Assembly (NCBI GenBank): GCA_041389005.1
Contig: JAWKSR010000001.1
Coordinates: 102,465-166,464 of the forward strand
DNA: 64,000 nt
From: Minisyncoccota bacterium
Lineage (GTDB): Bacteria; Patescibacteriota; Minisyncoccia; Phycocordibacterales; UBA918
Direction of reading: 5' to 3'
Position numbers and translations under genes: made by a program. Positions 10,307 to 23,128 of this stretch are shown piece by piece. Below the pieces are notes generated by a model. It made no database searches, was not told where the DNA came from, and saw only the letters and a list, made by a program, of their open reading frames with translations. Within the stretch, counting starts at the first letter, position 1. Each line of letters starts with the position of its first letter.

Positions 10307-10379
10307 GGGCCAATAGCTCAGTTGGCTAGAGCGCCTCATTTGCACTGAGGAGGCCGGGGTTCGAGTCCTCTCTGGTCCA
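10307..10379 (+). tRNA. tRNA-Ala (anticodon UGC)
   Basis: Hand-folded cloverleaf. Acceptor is gggccaa/ctggtcc with G3:U70 (the Ala identity pair). D-arm gctc..gagc. Anticodon stem cctca/tgagg with loop tttgcac. T-loop ttcgagt. Discriminator A. CCA is not encoded. There are two mismatches at the acceptor/T-stem junction. Confidence 0.8.
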
Positions 10380-10382
10380 CAC

Positions 10383-10420
10383 AACGAAAAAGACTTACCT
10401 TCTGGTAAGTCTTTTTCGTT
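10383..10420 (+). terminator. Intrinsic terminator-like hairpin after tRNA-Ala
   Basis: Perfect 17-bp stem aacgaaaaagacttacc / ggtaagtctttttcgtt with loop ttct. Confidence 0.7.
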
Positions 10421-10641
10421 GCTCTGAATCCAGATTAAGGACGAGAAAGACGAGCGATATGAGGAGCGCCACTTCTAGCGCGGCGAAACAGCGAGTCCGG
10501 GCAGGAAACTCTTATGAGCGTCAGCAAATTAGAGTTTGACGCCGAGTCTTCTCTACTTTCATCATAAAACGAAAAAGAAAACAAGAAAGAATGTGTACTA
10601 TACTATTCTTAATGCCCGACTTACACTCGACTGTTAACTCA

Positions 10642-10842
10642 ATGGGGAAGACGGTGACACAGATTATTCACTTTTCAAATGGAAATAAACGAACCTTTAG
10701 TGGAATTTTGACTGATTCGATAAAACAAGGCGAGTTTACCAAGATGATGCTTGTTGATGGGCGTATGTTGATGGTCAACACAGCAAACGTGGATTGCATT
10801 GAGGTGTTTAATGAAAGAATCGACCAAAAAATGCAGCCATAA
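10642..10842 (+). CDS. Hypothetical small protein
   Basis: ORF only. ATG at 10642 chosen inside the ORF that opens at 10591. Confidence 0.3.
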   Translation: MGKTVTQIIHFSNGNKRTFSGILTDSIKQGEFTKMMLVDGRMLMVNTANVDCIEVFNERIDQKMQP

Positions 10843-11011
10843 AACTTGCATTTATCCACTTTGCATTTGGGGAGTTTATGGTAATCTGGGGGCGCAAATG
10901 GGTGTTAGCTCATTTGGCTGCTAATTTTAGGCAATTCAGAGTCTTAGACCAGAACTGAGTCTAAATCTTTAATTGCCTCGAATTATCAGCTTCTGCTACA
11001 ACCTCGTTTGC

Positions 11012-11815
11012 ATGTTGTATATGTTTTCGTTTGTAGAAACAGCTCATGCGGCAGAAGGAATATCAGTAAAACTGGCACCGTACGTGTTGGGTGAGGTTGC
11101 TGGTGTACCGATAACCGCTACGTTAATCACTTCGTGGGTAACGATGATATTACTTGTGACCTTAGCCTTTTTTGTGACTAAAAACGTGCGTCTCATACCA
11201 GGAAAACTGCAAAGCTTTTTTGAGCTTTTGGTCGATGGAGTTGTTAGCTATATGACAACGGTGCTGGAAGACAGAAAACTGGCTATCAAATACTTTCCAA
11301 TTGTGATGACTATTTTCCTGTTTATCCTAACTATGAATTGGCTAGGGCTATTTCCAGGTGTTACCTCCATTGGATTTTTTGATGACCATCACCACTTGGT
11401 GCCGTTTTTGTATCCACCGGCTACTGATCTCAATATCACTATTGCCTTTGCCATCATATCGTTTGTAGTGATTGAATTTGCCGGCATTGCCGCTCTTGGG
11501 GTCTGGCGCTACGCTGGAAAGTTCATAAACCTTTCATTCCTCCGAAAGTTTAACTTCAATAACGTTCTGAATTTCTTTATTGGAATTATCGAACTCATTT
11601 CTGAACTAGCCCGACTTATTTCATTCTCATTTCGTCTGTTTGGGAACATATTTGCTGGTAAGACCTTACTCTTGGTGGTTATGGCACTAGCTACACCGTA
11701 TATTTTGCCAGTGCCATTGCTGGCATATGAGGTGTTTGTTGGTTTTATTCAAGCCTTTGTCTTTGCAATTTTGACGTTATTCTTCATCAAAGTTGCCATT
11801 ACGGAACCCCACTAG
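11012..11815 (+). CDS. atpB: F0F1 ATP synthase subunit a
   Basis: Multi-pass membrane protein with the subunit-a signature FRLFGNIFAG (essential Arg). First gene of the atp cluster. The start codon is uncertain (ORF opens at 10973). Confidence 0.9.
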   Translation: MLYMFSFVETAHAAEGISVKLAPYVLGEVAGVPITATLITSWVTMILLVTLAFFVTKNVRLIPGKLQSFFELLVDGVVSYMTTVLEDRKLAIKYFPIVMTIFLFILTMNWLGLFPGVTSIGFFDDHHHLVPFLYPPATDLNITIAFAIISFVVIEFAGIAALGVWRYAGKFINLSFLRKFNFNNVLNFFIGIIELISELARLISFSFRLFGNIFAGKTLLLVVMALATPYILPVPLLAYEVFVGFIQAFVFAILTLFFIKVAITEPH

Positions 11816-11887
11816 TACTAGTACCTGCCATTGAGTCCGCATTGGTATGTCGACTCAAAGTGTGTATTAGTCATCTAACAAATGTAA

Positions 11888-12157
<270 letters not shown>

Positions 12158-12172
12158 TGCACGTCAGCTGTA

Positions 12173-12262
12173 CACCATCTACTGCGTTGCGACTACGGTT
12201 TTGTCAGTCACGGTAGGTTACTACCGCTTCCTCCAAAATCTTGTCGCGCCTTGTATCTGGTG
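12173..12262 (+). repeat. Structured intergenic element, copy 1 (atpE-atpF spacer)
   Basis: A ~90-nt extended hairpin homologous to 17275-17364. Helices: caccatctac/gtatctggtg, gcgac/gtcgc, ggttttg/caaaatc, and an apical cggtag-gtta-ctaccg. Confidence 0.7.
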
Positions 12263-12301
12263 CACCCTGACACGCCCTATAAATTTCTAAAGAAATTTAC
12301 T

Positions 12302-12751
12302 ATGGAACAACTTATTCATGCCTTCGGTATAGATGCCAAGCTGATTGTTATCCAAATTATTAACTTTGGGCTACTTTTAGCTGCATTGTCGTATCTTTTG
12401 TACAAGCCTCTACTTAAGGTTCTACAAGACCGTGAAGATACGATTGCGCAGGGTATAAAGGACGCTGAATCAGCTGCCAAGGCCAAGGCAAAGGCGGCTG
12501 ACGAAAAAAAAGAAATCCTTACTGCCGCTCATAAAGAAGCAGGAGAGGTCGCTCTACGCGCGAAAGAAAGCGCAGAAGAGCAAGCCAATCAGATTGTTGC
12601 AACTGCCAACGACAAAGCAGGAGCAATCGTGACTGATGCTGAGAAGAAAGCCGGAGACATTCAGGCGCAAGCACGAGCTGACAGCGAGGCTGAAATTGCC
12701 AAGCTTGCTGTACTGGCGGCAGAAAAAGTACTTCGCGAAAAGACTTCTTAA
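12302..12751 (+). CDS. atpF: F0F1 ATP synthase subunit b
   Basis: N-terminal TM helix (LIVIQIINFGLLLAALSYLL) followed by a long charged Ala/Lys/Glu helix, in the atp gene order. ATG 12302 lies just past the repeat element. Confidence 0.8.
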   Translation: MEQLIHAFGIDAKLIVIQIINFGLLLAALSYLLYKPLLKVLQDREDTIAQGIKDAESAAKAKAKAADEKKEILTAAHKEAGEVALRAKESAEEQANQIVATANDKAGAIVTDAEKKAGDIQAQARADSEAEIAKLAVLAAEKVLREKTS

Positions 12752-12762
12752 CCACGTATGAA

Positions 12763-12882
12763 TCCCGTTAGAAGTTATGCAGTTACGGGTTTCAAGCAAA
12801 CTAAACTAGAATTACTAGAACTGTTACAAGGTTACGTTATTACATTAATCTTTGGTTGCATCGCAACTGACTTCTAACGGGA
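12763..12882 (+). promoter_or_regulatory. Long-range hairpin filling the atpF-atpH spacer and ending on the atpH start codon
   Basis: Perfect 13-bp inverted repeat: tcccgttagaagt (12763-12775) and acttctaacggga (12870-12882). Further inner pairing agtt..atgca / tgcat..aact. The last paired base is the A of the atpH ATG. Confidence 0.55.
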
Positions 12883-13256
12883 TGAAAGATCACTACATTA
12901 AAGCTGTTATTCAACTCTTGAAAGATGGGTTAGAGCCCAAGGCTGTATTTCGTGATCTGGTGCGCGTATTAGAGGCTCGGCATCATCAAAAGCTTTTACC
13001 TGCTATCTTAGCTGGTGTTGCTAAAGTGTATGCCAGTGCTCGTGGCTCTGACCAGCCAAAGGTTAAAGTGGCAAATGCTACGGTATCAAAAAAAGATATT
13101 ACTGCTGCCCTTAAGCTTCTTAATGTAGAAAAGGACCCCATTATCATTGAAGACGATACACTTATTGGCGGTCTGACCGCTACCTACCAAGATAAAATGG
13201 TAGACACTTCGTATAAAACGGCATTAACAAGGTTGTATCGAAGTATTAAACATTAA
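12882..13256 (+). CDS. atpH: F0F1 ATP synthase subunit delta (short, ~124 aa)
   Basis: C-terminal OSCP-like motif [25 protein letters not shown], positioned between atpF and atpA. Confidence 0.75.
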   Translation: MKDHYIKAVIQLLKDGLEPKAVFRDLVRVLEARHHQKLLPAILAGVAKVYASARGSDQPKVKVANATVSKKDITAALKLLNVEKDPIIIEDDTLIGGLTATYQDKMVDTSYKTALTRLYRSIKH

Positions 13257-13284
13257 TCACCCACACCCTAATTATTCACTACCT

Positions 13285-14831
13285 ATGAGTACTGTAATTA
13301 TAGACAGAATCAAAAAAGAGATCGCTGATCTAGACACCACTGCTGAAGCTGAGGCAGTGGGAACCGTTATTACCGTGGGAGACGGTATTGCGGAGATTGA
13401 AGGACTTCGAGAAGCAGAAATGATGGAGATGGTTGCCTTCAATGACGCTGAAGGTAAAACGCTCGAAGAGACTATTGCCTCTGACGATGCACTCTATGGT
13501 TTGATTCTCAACCTCGAAGAAGATGTGGTAAAGGTGGTGATTTTGGGTGAGAGTAGTCGGGTGAAAGAGGGAATGACAGTGTTTCGGACTAAGAAACTAC
13601 TTTCTATTCCTGTTGGTGAAGGTATCATCGGGCGCGTAGTCAATCCGCTTGGTGAAGCAATTGATGGCAAAGGCGCATTTGACACTGACAAAGACATACC
13701 AATCGAACGGGTCGCCTATGGTGTAATGGAGCGTTCTGGTGTAAATGAACCAATTCACACTGGAATCAAAGCTATTGACTCCATGATTCCAATTGGTCGG
13801 GGACAGCGTGAGCTTATCATCGGTGATCGCCAGACTGGTAAGACCACTGTTGCCATAGACACCATTATTAATCAAAAGTATGAACCGAAGGAAAGTCGCC
13901 CGCTTTGTATTTACGTTGCGATCGGACAAAAGCGTTCCAAAACTGCAAGCCTGGTCGCCAAGCTCGAAGAAGCGGGCGCTATGGAATACACCACAGTAGT
14001 GGCAACATCAGCCTCAGAAGCATCACCGATGCTTTTCTTGGCTCCGTTTGCTGGAGCGGCTATTGGTGAATACTTCATGCAGCAAAGTAAGGATGTGCTG
14101 GTGGTGTTTGATGACTTAAGTAAACACGCCAATGCTTACCGGCAGATGTCACTTCTTCTGCGCCGTCCGCCAGGGCGAGAGGCATACCCAGGAGATATTT
14201 TCTATCTCCACTCCAGGCTTTTGGAGCGCTCTGCGAAACTGTCTAAGGAGTTAGGAGGTGGTTCAATTACAGCTCTCCCAATCATTGAAACACAAGAAGG
14301 AGACGTGTCTGCATATATTCCTACCAACGTTATTTCTATTACTGATGGTCAAATTTTCCTCGAAACTGACTTGTTTAACAAAGGTATCCGACCAGCGCTG
14401 AATGTCGGTATCTCCGTTTCTCGCGTTGGTTCAGCCGCTCAGACTAAAGCCATGAAGAAAGTGTCAGGTAAAATTCGTCTGGAGTTGGCGCAGTTTCGTG
14501 AACTGGAAGCCTTTATGCAGTTTGCTAGTGATCTTGATGAAGACACTAAAGCACGTATCGAATCAGGGCGCACTTACGTTGAACTTCTTAAGCAAGGACA
14601 GAATGAACCAATGCCATTTTACAAACAAGTCGTGTCTATCTATGCTGCCAACGCCGGTATCTTTGCGGGCGCGGCTGTTGAAAGACGCGTGAGCTAGAAG
14701 AAAAGTGGCTTGGCTTTATCGAGCGTGATCGTAAAGATATTCTTGAGACGTTAGAAACCGGTCGTGAACTCACTGATGAAGTAGTTGAGAAACTCGATAA
14801 AGCGATTGCGGACTTCAAAAGTGCACAGTGA
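13285..14831 (+). pseudogene. atpA: F0F1 ATP synthase subunit alpha, frameshift near 14680
   Basis: Walker A GDRQTGKT and a full alpha core in frame 1 up to 14697. The expected C-terminal helix ([47 protein letters not shown]) continues in the -1 frame to 14831. A single missing A in an A-run restores the frame. Confidence 0.85.
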
Positions 14832-14862
14832 ATACTACGGGAGGCAGTATAAGTAAACAACC

Positions 14863-15800
14863 GTGGCACTAAAACAGGTAAAAAACAAAATAATTTCCAC
14901 GCAAAAGACTGGCAAAGTGACCAGTGCAATGGAATCTGTCTCAGCTGTAAAAATGCGTAAGAGCCAGGAGAAGGCACTACAGGGGCGTCCGTACGTCTTT
15001 GCCGCTATGCGCATCCTCGCGCGACTCACCAACTCATGGGATGGTATACATCACCCACTTACTCAATCAAGGAGTGGAGACCTGTCTGCGTCCGGAAACG
15101 GACAGGCAGGCAAGCGACTACTGGTGATTGTGACCAGTGATAAAGGTCTCGCAGGGAGCGTGAACAGTGCCGTACTCAAAAAGGCTGAAGAAGTGCTCAA
15201 TACTGCTGATGTATCAACTTATGATGCTATCTGTGTCGGTCGAAAAGCGGTTGACTTTGCCCGGCACAATGACCTGGAAATTATTCATGAATACACTAAC
15301 GTGTCAGATGATGTCTCGGTAGACGATGTGGCGGGTATGACTGAGGCGGCAGTAAAAGGTTTTGCTGAGGGTACATACAACCATGTGCGTGCTGTATCAA
15401 AACTTCCTTTCTACCTTTGAACAACTACCAACCAAACGTCAGGTACTCGCCCTAGACCTGGCTGAAATCCACTATGTGATGAAGGGCATCGCTCCCAAGA
15501 CCGGTAAGTATGCAGATAATGAAGAGGCATCAGCTACTCACACACTTGATTATACCGTTGAACCATCGCCAGAGGCAGTACTTGATACGTTGATTCCACA
15601 GTTGGTGCAAGTTATGTTTTACCACGCACTTACTGAAAGCAAAGCCTGTGAGCATTCAGCCCGTATGGTGGCCATGAAAAATGCCACTGATAAGAGTAAA
15701 GAGGTGATTAAAGCACTGACAATCGAATATAACAAACCGTCAGGCGGCGATTACAGCCGAGGTATCGGAAATCACCGCTGGCGTAGAGGCAATGAAGTAA
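14863..15800 (+). pseudogene. atpG: F0F1 ATP synthase subunit gamma, two frameshifts
   Basis: ORFs 14863-15420 and 15362-15820 join as ...NHVRA(V)YQNFLSTFEQLP. The canonical C-terminus YNK(A)RQAAITAEVSEITAGVEAMK* is reached only after a second shift near 15735, with its stop at 15798-15800. Confidence 0.85.
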
Positions 15801-15882
15801 CTCAGTGTACTGAGTTTTAAGTGGTTACTGACCATTTAAAACTCGGCGGTACCGAGTAGATTAAAACAAATAACAATAAATT

Positions 15883-17273
<1,391 letters not shown>

Positions 17274-17274
17274 C

Positions 17275-17364
17275 ATCATTTGCTGCGTTGTAACTTGCAG
17301 TTTCGGCGGTCACCGTAGGTCTACTACGTCTTCCTTCAAAACTTTGTTACGCCTTGCATCTGAT
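17275..17364 (+). repeat. Structured intergenic element, copy 2 (atpD-atpC spacer)
   Basis: Homologous to 12173-12262. Helices: atcatttgc/gcatctgat, gtaac/gttac, agttt/aaact, and an apical cgtag-gtcta-ctacg. Confidence 0.7.
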
Positions 17365-17402
17365 ATCACTTAACTTCACTACTACCAACTAATTTAAAAC
17401 AT

Positions 17403-17651
17403 ATGGCAGAGCAAAAACTACTCAAATTAACAATCAGTAAAGTAGATGGTCCGGTCTATGACGGGGAAGTAGTTTCTGTGACAGTGCCAGGTATCGCAGG
17501 AGATATGACGCTACTGGCTCACCACGCCCCACTCATTTCTCCGCTTAAAGAAGGATCTATTGTTATTCAGGCAGAAGATGAGCAAAAGATCATACAAATC
17601 ACTGGCGGAACTCTCGAAGTATCTGAAAATCACGCCACTATTCTCATATAG
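17403..17651 (+). CDS. atpC: F0F1 ATP synthase subunit epsilon (N-terminal beta-sandwich only, 82 aa)
   Basis: Last gene of the atp cluster. Sequence VDGPVYDGEVVSVTVPGIAGDMTLLAHHAPLISPLKEG is typical of epsilon. No C-terminal helical hairpin is present. Confidence 0.8.
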   Translation: MAEQKLLKLTISKVDGPVYDGEVVSVTVPGIAGDMTLLAHHAPLISPLKEGSIVIQAEDEQKIIQITGGTLEVSENHATILI

Positions 17652-17705
17652 TTTCTGTGTATAGCGTACTTCTTGTTTTCTCTCTAAGGAGTACTATAGA
17701 AGCAT

Positions 17706-18208
17706 ATGGAAATAATCACCGTTGTCGCTATTTTATTTAGCGTTTTTGTATCACTTGGTGTTGGGGCGTCAACCCTGGCAGTGAGTGAGTTTTTTATGCC
17801 ATTAGCGATGGCACTATTGATAAAAGAGCGTGGCATGCTTGGAGTGGTGTATACCGTTTTACGAGTAGCGATGATTGGTATTTTACTTACCGCTATTGTT
17901 CTTGTGTGGCAGGGAGTGATGCCGCTCGCTATCGCTGGTAACATTTCAGCTTTTGGCGCTATGTGCTTCACCATGCTGGCTATTTTGTATGGCAATGCAC
18001 TCTCATGACCTGGCACATTGTCCCAAGTAATATTGGACCAGCTTTCCAGGCTGGTGCCTGGTATACACTTGGTATCGCTAACGCAGCGGTTGGTATTGGT
18101 CTCATGGCAACGTACCCTCAATATCTCATGGGATACGCTACACTTTTTGTAATCTTTTTGCTCGTAATAAACGGACTAATGCGCTACTTAAAATCTCGCC
18201 GTACTTAA
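17706..18208 (+). pseudogene. Hypothetical multi-pass membrane protein, one frameshift near 18000
   Basis: ORFs 17706-18008 and 17963-18208 are both strongly hydrophobic and join as ...LAILYGNAL(L)MTWHIVPSN when 1 nt is restored. Confidence 0.5.
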
Positions 18209-18217
18209 AGTAAAAGC

Positions 18218-21200
18218 TTAGCTGAGCTCTCCTGGCTTTCGGCTGTAGATAATTGGCACAAGAACCAGTGTAATAACGACTGAGAACAGTAAACCAAACA
18301 TCACCGCGTACGCGAGTGGTGCCCACAAGTCTCCCGCTACAGTGATGGAATCATACCAATAACCGTGGTAATGGTGGTAAGGATAATTGGTCGGAGGCGG
18401 CTGGCAGCGGCATCAAGCACTAGTTCTTTAAGTTCAGCGCTTGGTCGTTCACGGCGTAGATGATTCATGACGTCAATCAAGAGGATTGAGTTATTCACCA
18501 CAATACCGGAAAGGGCGATGAATCCCATCATAGAAGGAAAGGAAAGTGGACTCTGAGTGGCTGCTAGTCCAAACATAATACCGATAAGGGAGTACGGCAG
18601 GATTGAAAGTACGTACCGCGTATGGAGGAACGAGTTAAACTGCAATACCAACACACCGATCATAAGCACCACACCTACAATAAGCGCAATAAACATTTCA
18701 AGAAACGCTTCGTTTGATTCTTCAGTCTCTCCACCGCCAGTACTGATTTCAACGTCACTTGGGATGTCGAGTTTATTCTTAACTCGTTCTGCTAATAGTG
18801 TCTGCGTTTCGCGAGCGTTCACACCCTCACGTACATCTGCAGTAACTGAGACAACTCGCTTTTGACTTTCGTGGTTAATGACAGCGCTTGATTCACGTAG
18901 TGTCACATCAACAACACTAGAGAGAGGGACGCTGCCGCCAGCGGTTGTGAGCTCGATGCGCTCTAGCGCGTCTATAGACGTGATATTGGTCTCCTCTGCT
19001 AGTGCGTCTTTGTTGTTACTGATATTTAGCTTAACTGATATATCAATATCGCTATCCAGTGTAGTAATGGACGTAGCATCGGCGCCAAATACGGCGGAAC
19101 GCAGTACCTGAGATACAGTAAAGGCATCAAGACCAAGGGCGGCTGCTTTAGCACGATTAAGTGTAAGTACGTATTCGGTATTGTTGTTATTGGTGCTGGT
19201 GTTTACATTTACCACTCCGTCAGTCTCCTTGAAGAGCTGAGCGCTTTGATTGGCAATGTCAGTAATTTCAGTTAAATCATCACCTAAAAACTTTACAATC
19301 AGTGCTGCTCCCGTTGGAGGACCGTCACTCGGTTGATTGACCGTGAGTTTAAAGTCTCGAATTACGGCATACTCATCACGCAGAGCTTCTACAATTTCAC
19401 TACTGGTAGTATTCCGATCCAAACGAAGATTGATAAAAATGTTAGCAAACTTCTCACCTGATCCGCCGGCTCCGAATTGACTACCACTTCCTACCGTGCT
19501 GGTAAAAGCTTCAATATATGGTTTGTCGTAGAGAAACTCCTCAGCACGACGTAAGCCAAGATCAGTCACTTCCTTTACGGTCCCTTCTGGATATTCAATT
19601 TCAATAATAACGAAATCGACATCACTTTGTTCAAAGAAAACCACTTTTACCAACTGCAGGCTTGGCAGTATAGTCATCATCAGTACAACAGCAACAGCAA
19701 TCGAACTTAAGCGGGTGAGTGTGTGGTACAGAAGAAAGCGCCACTTTCCCAACTACGAGCGTGATACAGCTTAAGTAATTTGCGGGAGCTAAAGTATATT
19801 AATACGCCAGCAATAACCCCAGCATAAACGTTGATAGCTAAGAAAATAGCAGTGACCAAAAGTGCAAAGATAAGAGCTAGATAGGTATCAGCCCTGGCAA
19901 CGTCATAGATATATGGCGCGAGCTTGGCTCGATACCAACTCTCTGCTCGATGAGCATACTCAACCTGCATTTGCTCAAGCTTAGTGGTACTCCGCCGTCG
20001 CAAGAAACTAGCCGCCAGTAATGGAATGATAGCGAGTGCCACAAACATTGAGGCAAAAAGCAAGAAGATAAGGGTGAACGGAATACTGGCGATAAATTGA
20101 CCAATAACACCTGAGACAATCAGTAAACCAGCAAACATTGAGACTGTAGTCAAAGTACCAGCAATCAGTGGTGTTTTGAACTCTTTAATAGTAAGGAGCG
20201 CCGCTTCTTTCTTGTCGATAACAGGATTGTCCTTCATGCGGCGATTAATTCCCTCAACCATCACAATGGCTGAGTCAACCAAAATACCAATACCCAAGAT
20301 TAATGAGAAAAGACTGAGAAAGTTGATAGTGTTTCCAGAAAAGTACAGACCAATAAAGCCAAAAAGGAAAGACAAAGGAATAGCGCTACCAGCCAACAAC
20401 CCTTCGCGCCAACCAATTGCCACAATGAGCAGAAGCACCACTAGGGTTACAGTCTGAAGACCAGAGCTAGAGAGTCGCATCAAGTCTTTTTTTATTTGAT
20501 CACCAGAGTCATAAATGACCTGCACAGTCACTTCATCAAGTAAGTCTCCCTTACCCTGCAATTCTGCAAGGCGCTTGTTTACTGCTTCAGTTATTTCTGT
20601 GATGTCACCACCGCTTTGCTTATAAACATCCATTGAAACCGCGTGTTTTGAGGGTATGCCATCAACACTGACACGTGAAAGAGAACGTGACGGTGCGAGA
20701 CCATCTTCTACTCGTGCAATATCTCGAATAAACACTGGCTGTCCACCCAGGGTGGTTACAGCAACATTTAAAACATCATTACTATCTGAGAGATCACCTT
20801 CGAACGCGATGTTATAAGACACGCCATCGTGTTTGATCTGCCCGGCAGGTAACGTACGGTTTGCGCTTTGTAGCGCTGAAATCACTTGCCCTAAAGAAAG
20901 GTTGAAACGAGTAAGAGAAGCTTGGTCTACAATAACTGAAATTTCTCTGTCTCGTACGCCGCTGAATTCTACCCGTGAGACACCCGCGATGGTCTCTAGG
21001 TCTTTTTCTAGTTCGTCAGTTAGGACAGTGAAGCTATAATCACTAAGATCAGCCGCTAATGCTACAGAGATAATAGGTTGATCAACAAAGTTTACTTCGG
21101 ACACAACCGGGTCTTCAGCTTCACTTGGGAGCTCTTGCACGATTACGTCAATTTCGTCTTTGAGCTTTTGAATAGACTCATCTATATCAGCCTCGGCATC

Positions 21201-21479
21201 GAATTCCACGGTTACCACTGAGACTCCCTCTCGTGAAGAGGAAGTAATGGTGTCAACATTTTCAAGTGACACTAAGCCACGTTCAATCTCATTCGTAATT
21301 AAAGATTCTACGTCAGCTGCTGGTGCACCCGGCAATATTGTAGATACGATACCCACGGGTACAACCACTTCCGGTGATGATTCACGAGGAATGGAAAGAA
21401 GGCTGTAAGCACCAATACCCATTAAGGCCACTAAAAACAAGTACCCAAAACGGTTCTGGCGAATGAAAAAATCCCACAT
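18218..21479 (-). pseudogene. RND-family efflux transporter (AcrB-like), at least two frameshifts
   Basis: ORFs 19707-21479 and 18337-19752 together have the ~1050-aa, 12-TM, two-large-loop RND layout. They join at ...YHARS/LGKWRFLLYHT. The C-terminal helix (ITVAGDLWAPLAYAVMFGLLFSVVITLVLVPIIYSRKPGELS*) sits in another frame and ends at 18218. Confidence 0.8.
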
Positions 21480-21481
21480 AG

Positions 21482-23026
21482 TTAGTTTTTATTTACAGCT
21501 TCTACTTGATCGCCGGCTACCAAACCACGAGCGTCTGTAACAATTGCTTGTGATCGCTCAATGCCTGAAATGATTTCCACGCTCGTGCCGCGAATAGAAC
21601 CGAGTACCACCGGTACAGCAACCAGGTGGCCATCCTCAACTGCAAACACCGTACCATCTGTAGCTTGTAATTTTACCGCTGCTAGTGGAATAAACAGTGA
21701 ATTAGTAGGAGTTTCAACTGTAGAACTTTCAGTTAAGGTCACGGTGACAGTGTCCCCATTGGTTAAAGTCTGCGCTTCGGTAGCTATCTTTACTTCTGTT
21801 TTCTGAGTAGTGCTATCTATACCAGCTCCAATGTGAGTAACAGTACCTGTGTATTCACCTTCAATCAGTACTTCACTACCAACTGTGACACGATCAAGAT
21901 CAGACTCACCAAGAAAAACTGAGATTTCCAAAGCATTATTATTTGCCACTTTTGCAACCGGACTGAAAACACCAAGATAATCACTGACGTTAACTGAGAG
22001 TGAGTTTATAGTACCAGCGATCGGTGTCCGCATGATAGTTTTACTCAGATTTGCCTGAGCGGCACGTAGTGAACCTAGAGCTTGTTTAACTTGCGCATTG
22101 GCAGCTGAAACATTTCCTTCAGTGCCGCTGATTCGAGCTTTCTCTAGGTTTTCCTCCGCGGTTTTGTAGTTAGCCAAGTTTGACTTAAGGGCAGTCAATG
22201 CACCATCAATCGCCGCTCGATCTGCAATGAGAATGGCGTTGTAAGATTCAACCGCCACTCCGCCAACAGTTTGGTCGTGTTCTTGGTCATTCACTAGAGT
22301 GATAAATGTGTCGATTAAGTTCATCAAGCGTACACTCCATACCCCGGCTTCAGTCACTGACGTATCAAATTCAGCAGTTGTTTGTAGAGCGGTGGATCGT
22401 GCTTGCCAATTACTCATAATGTCTTGGAAGGCAACTCGCTCACCATTTACAAAACTTGTCTGCCCACGCCCATTAATGTAGAGGCCAGGCAGACTTCCGT
22501 TTGGGTTTGAAAAGAAATCATCAATGGTTGTACGTAAGACGTCATTACTAGTTGTGTAGAGTGTATTGTATGACGCAATAAGGTTGTTTTCAGCTACATT
22601 CACAGCATTTTCCGCTGAAGAAACACTCACATCGCTTTGACTCGCTGCGGCTAAAGCTGCCTCGTAAGCGCCTTGAGCCTGCAAAACAGCTGCCTGCTCT
22701 GCGCTATTCTCAAGTGTGGCTATGACGCTTCCCGCAGTAACATAAGCCCCTAATTCAACCGGCACTGATGTGACTCTGCCAGCGCGTTCAGTTTCAATTT
22801 CAGCCTCACTTACAGCTCGCACACTTCCCACAAACGAAGCAGTGTCGCCCTCAGCGAGTACTCCAGCTGGTGCCGTATAGACAACCGGAAACATACTCTC
22901 TTCTACTTCTTCGGCAGTATCACCGCGCAGATGTAGGACGACGCCGATAATTAGCAAAGCTACTATAGCTGCTGCCACTATGAGTACATTTTTCTTTCCG
23001 TACCACGAATACAAACGATGTAACAT
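21482..23026 (-). CDS. Efflux adaptor (membrane-fusion, HlyD/AcrA-like) protein
   Basis: 514 aa. N-terminal TM helix, long Ala-rich coiled-coil hairpin, beta-barrel C-terminus. Lies 2 nt upstream of the RND gene. Confidence 0.7.
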   Translation of the reverse strand: MLHRLYSWYGKKNVLIVAAAIVALLIIGVVLHLRGDTAEEVEESMFPVVYTAPAGVLAEGDTASFVGSVRAVSEAEIETERAGRVTSVPVELGAYVTAGSVIATLENSAEQAAVLQAQGAYEAALAAASQSDVSVSSAENAVNVAENNLIASYNTLYTTSNDVLRTTIDDFFSNPNGSLPGLYINGRGQTSFVNGERVAFQDIMSNWQARSTALQTTAEFDTSVTEAGVWSVRLMNLIDTFITLVNDQEHDQTVGGVAVESYNAILIADRAAIDGALTALKSNLANYKTAEENLEKARISGTEGNVSAANAQVKQALGSLRAAQANLSKTIMRTPIAGTINSLSVNVSDYLGVFSPVAKVANNNALEISVFLGESDLDRVTVGSEVLIEGEYTGTVTHIGAGIDSTTQKTEVKIATEAQTLTNGDTVTVTLTESSTVETPTNSLFIPLAAVKLQATDGTVFAVEDGHLVAVPVVLGSIRGTSVEIISGIERSQAIVTDARGLVAGDQVEAVNKN

Positions 23027-23093
23027 AATTTCTTAAATTTAGGTCTGCTTTTATTACTACAAAAATAGTAATATGTCAATGTAATTTAGTTTT

Positions 23094-23121
23094 TTGACTC
23101 ATCGAGTTAGGCTGATACAAT
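23094..23121 (+). promoter_or_regulatory. Sigma-70-like promoter (TTGACT-16-TACAAT) 7 nt upstream of the ATG at 23129
   Basis: TTGACT at 23094-23099, 16-nt spacer, TACAAT at 23116-23121. Confidence 0.45.
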
Positions 23122-23128
23122 ACTCGAC

